Origin: Macrostomum lignano
Lineage: Eukaryota
NCBI GenBank assembly: GCA_002269645.1
Contig: NIVC01000095.1
Coordinates: 496,001 to 560,000 of the forward strand
DNA length: 64,000 nucleotides
Direction of reading: 5' to 3'
The stretch's first letter is position 1. The number at the start of each line of letters is the position of its first letter. Below, piece after piece: positions 1 to 11,671 of the stretch. The translations under genes were made by a program, and so were the position numbers. A model generated the notes under the pieces. The model saw nothing but the letters and a program-made list of their open reading frames with translations, ran no database searches and had not been told where the DNA came from.

Positions 1-374
1 TATGACGCTTAATTTTCCTGTGAACTGCCCATTGGGCCAGCATGTACGAGCGTACAAGTAGCAGCAGCTATTCATGTCCCTGCATCCCCCATGAGAAATT
101 CATTTGGCTATACGCCCCTATTGGTTCTCATTCAGTTGCAGAAGAGGTGAAAAATATTCGTTTCTTGATTGTTAGAAATGATTTGTACCGAACCGTGGTT
201 TGGCAGAAGGCTTATACAATATTAGTATCCTTGCACGCCCTCAAATTTCGACATTGACTAGCTGCTGCAAAGTTCTGTAACAATGTTACATTAAAACTTT
301 TCTTTGTGAATAATCAACAGTTTTAAATTCAACAGACTTATGCTATAACAATATATGGCCTTCAATTTTTTTAG

Positions 375-3300
375 ATGGCTTTTAGCTTGCTGTTAAGGAC
401 AACGGCTATTATAATCGGATTTGCATGCTCTGCGGCCCAGTTTAATGAAATTAGAAACGACAAAGTACTGAGCAGGGAACATACTGGCGGCGCTTCGATT
501 GGTATTGATTTTGGCGCCTCGCATATCAGGTAATAATTCGTTTAATTGGTACGCGTATTCATAAGATCATTTGGGACACATTTGACGAACAATTACAAAT
601 TGTAAATAATCAGGCCGCGGAAGCAAATGCCAAATCTCGATGATGCAACCCCCAGCGTAGCAAAAGACGTTTAGCCGGATCGCTCAGTCAAAATTATCCA
701 TGATTTTACACTGAATTACAGTCCAATAGTGGGATGAGACAGAGAAATTGCTTCCGTTTTAAGCTAAATGGCACATAAATGTTGTCTACTAAGTCATGTA
801 GACTTACATGTCACATAATTTAACTCCCTTATTCCCTTATTCCCTTATTTGTTGTCCACTGGACTGAGACGCAGACAGATTGGACTTCCAATGACGATCG
901 ATGTCCATTTTTGACATTCGCTTTTGTTCATCGTGAAAGCTTTTTATCACATCAACGTGACGTCTGTGTGATAGTGATAGTACACAGTGTACAACCATCC
1001 CGATCTCTATGCATGCAATCGCCATTCCAATTTGAATCTCCCGACGTTGTTTCTTACTTCAGCATCGATTGAATATGCGTTTGTTAAATTAACTCAAACT
1101 CACTGCATGATTTCAGAGTTGCCGTATTCCGAAACGGCAAAGCTTCGGTCCTGAAGAACGAGCAGGGTAGCGAAATCACACCCGCCTATGTGGCATTCAC
1201 ACGGGATGGAAAACGGCTCATCGGAGACGAGGCGAAGAGTCAGCTCACCTCGAATCCGGAGAACACGGTGTTCTCTTTATTCCCAATTCTTGGCGGCCAA
1301 AGCTTTGATGAGGAAGAGGTCCAGAATCACACGGAGGTCGTGCCTTACAAAATATTTAGTAGCAACAAGAAAGCCAAAATCGACGTGAAAGTTGGTGACC
1401 GCATTGAGTCATTTTCTACAGAAGAAATTGTCGCCGTGCTGCTCAGCAAGATGAAGGAAATTGCTGAAAAATACCTGAACGAACCGGTCACCAGAGCGGT
1501 AATCAGTTTGGCCAGCTGCGCCACCTATTCCCAACGGAGGGCGATCAAAGATTCTGGTAAAATCTCCGGCTTCCAAGAGGTTCACGTAGTCAATTCCCAC
1601 ATGACCGCTACCCTGGCTTACCTGCTGCTAGTCGAAGTCTTCAGTCCGAGGCGCGTGCTGGTCATTGACGTTGGCGCCAGGTCGCTCAGCGTCGCAGTTT
1701 TATCAGTTGGCAACGGAGCAATCCGAACCCTCGCTCAGGATTGCTCAACTAAAATTGGTGGCGAAATATTCCAGCAGCGAGTCATTCACTACATGGAGAT
1801 GCTCTACGAGAAAAAGAAGGGCAGAGGCTTGGCGGAGCGGCTCCGTAAGAGTGCCAACGCCCAGCAGAAGCTTCGTAGAGAAGTTGAAAAAGCAATTCGA
1901 ACTTTGTCTTTTAGTGAGCTGGCGGATGTTCAGACTGAGTCACTTCTGGGCGAGGACTTCTCTGAGGTTCTGATGCAGTCCCGGTTTGAACAGCTGAATA
2001 TGGATCTGTTCCAAAGCGTGGCAGATCTTGCTGAGACGGTGCTCAACCGAGCAGGCTCGCGAGCCGCAAAACTCGATGACATGTTGCTAGTTGGCGGCTC
2101 CAGTAAAATTCCAATGTTGCGTCAATTCGTGGCAAACGCCATCCTAGCAGTTGGCCAGCCCAGCGACATGATGGATCCAGACACTTCGTCAGTTGTTGGC
2201 GCGGCAATCTGGGCCGGGAGCCTCGCCAACAGAGCATTCGACGACGGCACTATTGGAGCCTTCAAGCCCGGCTTGCTGGCATCAGGAGATTTCGCCCTTG
2301 TCGACAGCACGTCACGCTGCCTGGGCTACTTATCCAAGGGATATTATTTTACTACCGTTATTCCTCGAAATGAGCCGCTGCCAGCCAAGAGGGAAGTGAA
2401 GGTATCGTTGCCGAATATCTACGACGAGGAAGTCAGTAAGGCAACTATACTGGTGTTCGAGGGCGAGCAGCGCGTGGCTGAAATGAAGAACTTCGTTGAT
2501 TCGGTTCAGTTGTACTTTAAGAAGACTCTCTATCCGGCACTTTGGAGTAACTTTACTATCAATCACGAGCACACGATAACGGTTAGTAACCATCATTGAT
2601 TATTCAGATGACTTTCAGCGTTTTAAAGAAATTCTGCTTCTTCACTACTACAAATACTCAAGATATTACATCAAAACGTCTCAGTAGGGTCCTGAAATTC
2701 AAACATTTGCACCCATTAATCCCTAAAAAGTGCGGAAGCCAAAGTGCAGGCGCCGGTAGCTGACCCTCCCCCCCTTCAAACAGGAAGGCCTTTAACCCCG
2801 GCCCATAAAAGTGGCGCAACTTGACATCTCAAAATGGCTTCCCTGGACACCCAAAAGCTATAGTGCATGCTTGGCTACCCCCAGAGTTCTCAAAACTGAC
2901 GTCTCTCATGCAGCCCCTGACGAAATAGGAGACCTTATTTGATATCTCCTGCATGTAAAATACAACCCTTGACACTCAGTTGTGGCGCCCTTAGGCCTTA
3001 AATTGCTGAGTCTATCATAGCTAGACGTCGCTGTACGTAAAATAAGTATTTTTACGTTACATCGACCGATGATAACAACGTTACATGCGTCGGCTGAAAG
3101 TCGGTTTAATGTAAAAGTACATATCTGTCAGTGACGTCGATAGACGTCAGGAACGTTGACGGCGGACGTCGTCGACGTCGGAATGCTGTACAGGTGCATG
3201 TACATGTACATCATATATGCTGCAGTGCCGCCAATTGCAAAACAGTGACGCGGACCTTGAGACTCAAAGGTGCAGTGCTCTTTGACTCGAAAGTACACGG

Positions 3301-3812
3301 CGCCATCTATTTTATAAATGCCACAGATCGAAGCTCATTTTTACAGAAGTTCTGTAAACACTCTGCAGTGTATATTAGAGCGCAACGAAATCGCGTTCAT
3401 TTCATACCGTATTACGTTACACCATCTGCAGGTCTCTCTCCGCGAAATGAAGTCAAACACGATCAACACGGACACTTTTGACCAGCGAATTGACCAGCAG
3501 GAAATAAAACGAATGGCCAACCGGCTGCAGACCTTCGCCGATCGGGATCGATGGGAGGCCAAACGGATTGAAGCGCGCGACGATTTGGAATCGCTGGCCT
3601 ATCGAATGAGGCGGCAAGTTCGGGCAGGGAAGCAGCTGTGGACTGAGGAATCCAGCGGTGGACGAAGCAGCGTTGAAGACTGGACCATGGCTGAGCGGAC
3701 CGCGCAGCGAGTGATCGACTGGCTTGAGGAACACGGAGCTCAGGCTGACGCTGGGGAGTTTGTACTGAAGAGGCGAGAGCTTGCTTTAGCGGGCGTTAAG
3801 GCTGAACTTTAG
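375..3812 (+). CDS. Divergent ER-luminal Hsp70 (BiP/GRP78-like), 3 exons, 666 aa
   Basis: Exons 375-529, 1117-2581, 3432-3812; GT-AG, phases 2 and 0, 2001 nt in total. N-terminal hydrophobic signal peptide (MAFSLLLRTTAIIIGFACSAA). BiP-like segments: GIDFG, ITPAYVAFTRDGKRLIGDEAKSQLTSNPENTVF, LLVGGSSKIP, VIPRNEPLP, VFEGEQ, lid helix RIEARDDLESLAY. C-terminal KAEL is KDEL-like. Confidence 0.88.
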
Positions 3813-4835
3813 AAGATTAAATGGACCTTCATGAGAGCATAATTGATAGTAGTGTGGTGATTTAAAATTGTACATTACATATCTAGATGTCTCTTTGTCG
3901 ACTTAGTATTCCAGAATTCTATTGTTAAAAAGAACCAAATATATACACTTCAAGTGTATTCTCACACTTGCGACCTTTTTACAAACTGATGTTTTCTGCT
4001 TTCAGAACCTGAATCGTGGTTAGTTTATTTTGTTGAGTAACGACTCGTTTGAAAAAGCATAACGAAGTTACAAAATTTAAAATAGCAATTTTCGACACGA
4101 AAATGAATTATCTAGATTCAAGTTGCATGACGAAATGTTGCACTTGCACTCGCATGAAGATTTGAGTTCGGTTTGAGTTATGATAATCGATTAGTGTCTG
4201 GGTGAAGTCCTGCATGTCAATTTTCAGCGAGCAGAAGTACTCGAAATCGAATATTAATCTAATATACTGTGGAGATAGGAACATCATTTTTTCTTGAATA
4301 GTTCTCGAGCATGAAGCTTTGAGTTCAGTTTGAGTTATGATAATCGATTAGTGTTTGAGTGAAGTCAGCGGTGTCGGAACATATTTCAAAGTGGGGGGGG
4401 GGCTTTTGGTGGGAGGGCACATTGCACATGATTTTTTTAATCTAAGGGCACCCTAACTCCTGCTATTGTGTCAGTTTGCGAAATTAATTGTGACAACCAG
4501 GCCAATATTCAATTCTGTGTTGGAAGTGGCCAAAAGTCTAAAAAATTTGAACTCGAATTTTCAACAAATTCTAACACTGCGCAACTGAACTGCACTTTCA
4601 ATTTTCATGTAATTAGTAAATATCTCAAATAAATGAAATTTGCCAGGGCAAGACCAGTAATTTTATGGATCTTTTGGCTGCCTCATTCAGTTCCTCTTGG
4701 CGCTGACTCTTTATTCTGTTATCTAACGGCATTTTGGTGCTTTTAGTTGCAGCGCCAGAAGCGGTTTAAGTCTTGGGATTGCGGCGCCCTCGGAATTTCG
4801 ATCAGAGATGCAAGTAAAAGGGCTAAATAATAAAA

Positions 4836-5734
4836 CAGGGGTTGGCAAACTCCGGCCTGAGGGCCAAATGTGGCCCGCAAAGCATCTCATCCAGCCCTTG
4901 GGTCCTTTGAATCTTCACAATAGCAATCCGGCCCGCTCGATGTTTGTGTGTCTTCTCATCTCTCTTCCCTCACCTCTCTCTTCTCATAGTCTCCTCTAAT
5001 CTCCTCTCCTCTCCTCTCCTCACCTCTCTTCTCTCCTCTCATCTCCTCACCTATCTCCTCTCCTCTCCTCTCTCCTTTCCTCTCCTCTCCTCACCTCTCT
5101 CCTCTCCTTTCTTATCCTCTCCTCTCATCTCCTCAACTATCTCCTCTCCTCTCCTCTCCTCTCCTCTCTCCTTTCCTCTCATCTCCTCACCTTTCCTCAC
5201 CTCTCTCCTCTCCTCTCATCTCCTCTCCTTTCCTATCCTCTCCGCTCATCTCCTCACCTCTGTCCTCTTCTCATCTCACCTCTCTCCTCTCCTCTCATCT
5301 CCCCTCTCTCCTCTCCTCTCCTCTCCTCTCCTCTCATCTCACCTCTCTCCTCTCCTCTCATCTCACCTTTCTCATCTCCTCTCATCTCCTCACCTCTCTC
5401 CTCTCCTCTTATCTCCCGTTTCCTCTCCATTCTCTTCTCCCTTCCCTCCTCTCTCCTCTACTTTATCTCCTCTCTCATTCATTTCGACTCTCCTCTCCTC
5501 ATTCATCTCCCCCTCTCCTCTCTCTTCTCCTAGTTTATCTCTTCTCGTCTACTCTCTTCTCCTTTATTCCTTCGCCTCTCCATTCTCCTGCGATCTTATT
5601 TCTGTTCTCTTTTCCCCATCCTCTCTCCCTATAGCCCGCAGTCATCAGGGACTCCTGGGCGCGCATTTTGCTTAGGGACCCATGTAGAACTGTTCTCAAT
5701 CTGGCCCTTGAGGTAAAAAGCTTGCTGACCCCTG
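4836..5734. mobile_element. hAT/Charlie-type MITE nested in the previous element
   Basis: TIRs caggggttggcaaact ... agcttgctgacccctg, with subterminal ggcc/ggccc motifs. TSD only partly conserved (taataaaa vs cactaaaa). Confidence 0.6.
4960..5630. repeat. CT-rich (ctcct/ctcat)n microsatellite
   Basis: Near-pure pyrimidine tract inside the nested MITE. Confidence 0.9.
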
Positions 5735-6288
5735 CACTAAAAGCACTAGGCTTATTAGGCACATTAGATAAAACCGTAGGGGGAATGGGATTGAGAACAA
5801 CATGAACTATTATCTATCACATCAGCTGTTACCCTTAGCTTCCATGAGACTCAGAAAAGCCAAAGCCGAAAACCGGCCGACACTTGCTTGAAATTCAAAA
5901 AGGGCACTTGCAGGATCATGCTAAAAAGTGTGGGGGGGACTCCAGCCCTCCCCGTGCCCCCCATCCCGCTCCGAAACCCCTGAGTGAAGTCCTGCATGTC
6001 AATTTTCAGCGACAGAGAGGAGCAAGCAGAATTGTACTCGAAATCGAATATCAATCTAATATACTGTGGAGATCGAGATAGGGAAGCACCAGTTTTTTGC
6101 AAATTGTAAAAAATCCATTTAATTTATAGATAGCCGCAATTTTTTTCAAGTCAGTTAATTTAGGGTTGATTAAGGTTAGGGTTAGGGTTAGAAGTTTGAC
6201 AGGAGATTTTAATATTTCAAGACTTACATGTAGCTTATTAAAAAAATGTGTATTGCATTTCTTTGGCTCCCCAATGGGGGCGTAGATT

Positions 6289-8426
6289 TAGGTGCTGGTC
6301 ACTTCGTCAACTGGCATTTCGTCAAATGGTTGACGAAGTGACTATTTGGCAGGGGTAGCGGTATTTGCTATTGACGAAGTGACCAAAGTCTAGTAGTGGT
6401 CTTCTTACTGGTTGGTCAGTTGACGAAGAGACCGAGATCAATGCCCCCCCCCAGTTGATCGACGAAACGAAACAAACTTTGAATACCTTTACTTAATGGA
6501 AGTGACTATTCTTTTTTCTTTTCTCTTTTTCTTCGTACGAAGTGCATGTCAAATGCGTTACTCGACGATGTCAAATGCGTAAAAATCATTAAACATTAGT
6601 TCAGAAATTTTTAACTGTAGTTTTTAAGGTTAATTTTGATTAATTATTATCTTTTTATCATTTTTAATCGTTCTTCTTTGAAATGGCTTTTCCTTTGTTG
6701 TAATTCAATGAGTTTTAATATTACAAAATTAAAATGTAGTGTGTAATTTCTAGAAATGTCAAACTTGTGCAGCGGTGCGATTCAAAATTAATTAACAAGC
6801 TTAACCCGCTTCATTCAATTCATGTGAGAGTTTAACAGAACAATTCTTGGCACAGATGCAGCCAGGTTAAGCATATATATATTGCATTGCATAATACGAG
6901 TATGTACGTAATGCACGCCTCCCCTGAAGAGAGAGTTTGGTCAATGAAATATACCCTAAAAAATATTGATTTCCCATGAATCTATGACCCAACAGAAGTC
7001 CAAAAAAGCAATAGTTGAAATCCTATCGCATTGTCTGCATAGTGTATAGGTATGCTAATTAGTACAGTGATTTTTAGTACCAGGTAGGTACTACAAGAAG
7101 AACAAGAAGGTCTGAGAGAACATGGCAACCATCCTGCAGCAACGAAAATGCTAAAACAAGGTAGAATTTACGTTTCTGTTCATTCTCTGTCACTTATGGT
7201 TCATTAATAGTATTTTTATTACCTGTCCATAGCTGTGTACACCTGAAAATTATGTTTTTGCATACTATATTGTGCTGAATTCACACCAGGGCGTGTATCT
7301 TCACACTTATCATTGTACGAGTGTATTTACATGTATATGCTCGTGGCTCAAAATAAATTGAATTCAATATTCTGGCTGCAGACTTTTCTTTCTGTTTCAA
7401 TAAGCTATTTGGCCCACAGACATCTCCAGATGATGAGGCAGTCAGAACTAGGAGACAAGTTAATTCCAGTGTTTTCTTCAGAACAAAAAGAAATAGCAAG
7501 CAGCAGCTGCTACACTTTTAGTTTTACTAAACTTTTACTGAAATTAAAGTTACTGTAAGTGAGACATCAGTCAATGCATGTCTTTTTTATTCTGCAGCAC
7601 ACAAGGCTTCCAGAAATTCTATAGGCTTATCTTCGTAAATTGCAAGAACTTTCTGTTTTACTAAATATTGTACTAGCTTTAACAACTATTCTAGCTATTT
7701 TACTCTATTTATTCTACCCGTGTAGTCATTTGCCGCCAAAATAAGCTTGTAATTCCCAATGACCTCTGCTTATGCTTTCTGTTTTTGCGAAACTTTTCTC
7801 TCTTCAATAGTTACTGGCTTTGTTTTGACTCTCAGTGCCAGTCTATCGCTGCACTGCTCCAAAAACTTTAAAAAATTGAAAACGTTACTAGGAAAACACA
7901 AGCTCCATGTGTAAATTAATCTCAGTCAGGTATGGACAGGTAATAAAAATACTATTAATGAACCATAAGTGACAGAGAATGAACAGAAACGTAAATTCTA
8001 CCTTGTTTTAGCATTTTCGTTGCTGCAGGATGGTTGCCATGTTCTCTCAGACCTTCTTGTTCTTCTTGTAGTACCTACCTGGTACTAAAAATCACTGTAC
8101 TAATTAGCATACCTGTACACTATGCAGACAATGCAATAGGATTTCAACTATTGCTTTTTTGGACTTCTGTTGGGTCATAGATTCATGGGAAATCAATATT
8201 TTTTAGGGTATATTTCATTGACCAAACTCTCTCTTCAGGGGAGGCGTGATGCACAGTTGACGAAGTGACCATCATTTTAAAGCGTCGCAAGTTTTGATAA
8301 TTGACGAAGTCACCGGTCGAAGTGACCATCACTTTTAGAGGTCTACTGATTGGCCAGTTGACAAAGTGATCTTAGGGTAATAGCTCCCCAATTGACGAAA
8401 CGCCAGTTGACAATTTGACTAGGATA
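6289..8426. mobile_element. Older TIR element with gacgaagtgac subterminal repeats; hosts the 6914-8248 insertion
   Basis: Clusters of (tt)gacgaagtgac in both orientations at 6297-6430 and 8255-8420. Ends are imperfectly inverted (ggtcacttcgtcaactggcatttcgtcaa vs agtcaaattgtcaactggcgtttcgtcaa). Candidate 8-bp TSD CGTAGATT at 6281-6288 and 8427-8434. Confidence 0.45.
6914..8248. mobile_element. Non-autonomous DNA transposon with ~318-bp TIRs, CAC termini and 3-bp TSD (CMC: CACTA/Mirage/Chapaev-like)
   Basis: 6914-7231 is a near-perfect inverted copy of 7931-8248. Termini CACGCCTCCCC...GGGGAGGCGTG. TSD ATG at 6911-6913 and 8249-8251. No transposase recognisable in the spacer. Confidence 0.8.
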
Positions 8427-8983
8427 CGTAGATTGCTAGTCCTATATCTCTAATCTCTCTCCAATTATATGCTATTTACCATAGTTTGGATGATGCAGTC
8501 TTGATATGTAGGTCCTAGGAAAAATGCCTTTTTCCAAAAGTATGCTGCTTTTATATACAAAAAATATCAATATGACAACAATAAAGCCAAAGGACCTTTT
8601 TTGCTATTGCAACACTAGGATCTTTTTTTAGTTGGTAATTTCTTCAAGAAAAAAATATGATCCAAGAAACTTGTTTCAAATTTTCTAAAAAACAATTTTT
8701 AACTAATTTTTATAACTTTTTTAATTTTATCCAAAAAAATATTTTTAACACCTTTTTCTTTTTAGAACTTTTCAAGTTTATATTTCTAATATATTAGTAT
8801 TGTTTGTCTTGTTAATAAAAATGGACTTGTTTAAAACTTTTGAAAATGAATATATTCTTGCAATGTAATTTGTTATTTATTAAAGTTTTGAAAAGTTGGT
8901 CTACATCCATAGTCAGGAAAATGGCATTTTACTCGGAAAATTCCGGCGTACACAGAAATTTTTTGCCAATTTTGGCATACACA

Positions 8984-9280
8984 CATACATGTGCAACCTC
9001 CAAAATTTGGTCGGCCATGCAACTCAGTTTTACCAAAAATTTGATGTAGTTTTTGGCCAAAAATGCGACTTACATGTAAAAAAACCCAAAAGCAAAATTA
9101 ACGCAACTTTTGGTAAACGGCAGGAGTAACTATAACTGTCTTATAAAGCCAAAATGCCTTGTCAGCTACTTAGTACTACTACTTGGTGTTTTTTTGGGTG
9201 GGAATTTTTACGACTTCCTTGGTTGGCCACCAAATTGGTTGGCCAGATTGGCCGACTTGGCCGACTGTTGCGTATGTATG
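8984..9280 (+). mobile_element. ~300-bp hAT-type MITE, copy 1
   Basis: TIR catacatgtgcaac...gttgcgtatgtatg; exact 8-bp TSD CATACACA (8976-8983, 9281-9288). Confidence 0.85.
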
Positions 9281-9543
9281 CATACACAGCGTACCACGGT
9301 TTAGAGAAAGTACCCCATAGCATGCAATGGCGTGCCACGATACACAATTATACGCCGTGCCACCATGGGCATGGGGCCCTGCCTACCCACACTATCCTGA
9401 ATCCTGATATATAAAATTTATTTTAAAAATCCTGTTTTTTAAAACAGAAAAAGAAAGAAAAAAGTTTTTTCCTGGTGCTAATTTTTTTCATTAGTCAGTG
9501 AAATTTCAACACAAATGAAAACTTTGTGTTAAAGTTTGACTTT

Positions 9544-9809
9544 TATACTGCACAACCTCCAAAATTTGGTCGGCCATGCAACTTAGTTTTAACAAAAATG
9601 CAACGTAGTTTTTGGCCAAAGATGCAACTTAAATGGAAAAAACCCTAAAAGCAAAATTAACGCAACTTTAGGTAAACGGCAAGAGTAACTATGACTGTCT
9701 TATTAAGCCAAAATGCCTCGTCAGCAACTACTTCGTTTTTTTGGGTGGGCACTTCCTTGGTTGGCCGCCGAATCGTTCGGCCAAATTGGCCGACTGTTGC
9801 ACATGTATG
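9544..9809 (+). mobile_element. Same MITE family, copy 2
   Basis: Collinear with copy 1; 8-bp TSD TTGACTTT (9536-9543, 9810-9817); left TIR decayed. Confidence 0.8.
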
Positions 9810-10019
9810 TTGACTTTTATAGAGATGTTCCGGAAATGTCTATTTCAATTTCAATTTCCAAAGTTTGGATTTTCTTAGAGCAAATTTTGATTTAAAAAAA
9901 TGAGCAGTAAATCAAAAGTAGAAAAGTGAGTGTTCTTTGAACTAAACTTTTTTTTCTAAATTTCAATTTCGGAAAATTTCAATTTCAATTTCTAATCCTT
10001 CATGTGTACTGCTAGTAGG

Positions 10020-11340
10020 TTGTACCTATGGTAGGTTTACCCATTAGACATGCAGGTTTACCCATTAGACATGCAGGTTTACCCATTAGACATGCAGGTT
10101 TACCCATTAGACAGGCAGGTTTACCCATTAGACATGCAGGTTTACCCATTAGACATGCAGGTTTACCCATTAGACAGGCAGGTTTACCCATTAGACATGC
10201 AGGTTTACCCATTAGACATGCAGGTTTACCCATTAGACAGGCAGGTTTACCCATTAGACATGCAGGTTTACCCATTAGACAGGCAGGTTTACCCATTAGA
10301 CAGGCAGGTTTACCCATTAGACATGCAGGTTTACCCATTAGACAGGCAGGTTTACCCATTAGACATGCAGGTTTACCCATTAGACAGGCAGGTTTACCCA
10401 TTAGACATGCAGGTTTACCCATTAGACAGGCAGGTTTACCCATTAGACATGCAGGTTTACCCATTAGACATGCAGGTTTACCTTTTAGACATGCAGGTTT
10501 ACCCATTAGACAGGCAGGTTTACCCATTAGACATGCAGGTTTACCCATTAGACAGGCAGGTTTACCCATTAGACATGCAGGTTTACCTTTTAGACATGCA
10601 GGTTTACCCATTAGACAGGCAGGTTTACCCATTAGACATGCAGGTTTACCCATTAGACAGGCAGGTTTACCCATTAGACATGCAGGTTTACCTTTTAGAC
10701 ATGCAGGTTTTCCCATTAGACAGGCAGGTTTACCCATTAGACATGCAGGTTTACCCATTAGACAGGCAGGTTTACCCATTAGACATGCAGGTTTACCCAT
10801 TAGACATGCAGGTTTACCTTTTAGACATGCAGGTTTACCCATTAGACATGCAGGTTTACCCATTAGACAGGCAGGTTTACCTTTTAGACATGCAGGTTTA
10901 CCCTTTAGACATGCAGGTTTACCCATTAGACATGCAGGTTTACCTTTTAGACATGCAGGTTTACCCTTTAGACATGCAGGTTTACCCATTAGACATGCAG
11001 GTTTACCCATTAGACATGCAGGTTTACCTTTTAGACATGCAGGTTTACCCATTAGACATGCAGGTTTACCCATTAGACATGCAGGTTTACCCATTAGACA
11101 TGCAGGTTTACCCTTTAGACATGCAGGTTTACCCATTAGACATGCAGGTTTACCTTTTAGACATGCAGGTTTACCCTTTAGACATGCAGGTTTACCCATT
11201 AGACATGCAGGTTTACCCATTAGACATGCAGGTTTACCTTTTAGACATGCAGGTTTACCCATTAGACATGCAGGTTTACCTTTTAGACATGCAGGTTTAC
11301 CCATTAGACATGCAGGTTTACCCTTTAGACAGGTCAGGTT
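10020..11340. repeat. 21-bp minisatellite (gcaggtttacccattagacat), ~60 copies
   Basis: Highly homogeneous tandem array upstream of CEP97. Confidence 0.95.
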
Positions 11341-11671
11341 TACCTATTACAGGCAGGTTCACAGGTGGGTTTACCCTTAGACAGGCGGATTTACCTTTTA
11401 GAAAGGTGAGTTTACCCATTAAATTAACAGCTTGTGTTAGATTTTATCTTGTTTAAATTAAATTCATTTTTAGTTACAAGCATGCAGCAGCAGTCATTGT
11501 TCATTATAAATAGTAAATAAATTTAGTATATTTAGATTATTTTTCAATTGCTGTTGCTTTCTACATTGCTGATTTGATAAATTTACTAATTGGCCTTACT
11601 TGGTAAATGACGCTTGTATAAAATACAGCCGTTTCTATATACAGAGACTTGACAATAAGAAGTGCATTACA

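Larger units (their letters stand above)
4366..5982. mobile_element. Non-autonomous hAT-like DNA transposon with 8-bp TSD
   Basis: Imperfect TIRs: cagcggtgtcggaac at the left, and the right end reads caggggtttcggagc on the - strand. Flanked by the exact 8-bp direct repeat AGTGAAGT (4358-4365, 5983-5990). Confidence 0.75.
4161..6100. repeat. Tandem duplication of a ~157-bp unit; the second copy is split by a transposon
   Basis: Unit tttgagttcggtttgagttatgataatcgattag...gtgaagtcctgcatgtcaattttcagcga...ctaatatactgtggagat is at ~4161-4290. It recurs as 4318-4365 plus 5983-6075. Confidence 0.75.

Noticed and set aside
837-1025. 62-aa minus-strand ORF in Hsp70 intron 1
   Set aside because: No recognisable motif or splice context; chance length.
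6165-6195. TTAGGG telomeric repeats
   Set aside because: Only about three units, too short to call an interstitial telomere. The 55.4-56.3 kb tract is TTAG, not TTAGGG.
10012-11456. 430-468-aa ORFs in three frames
   Set aside because: These are translations of a 21-bp minisatellite whose unit lacks stops in those frames; there is no unique coding sequence.
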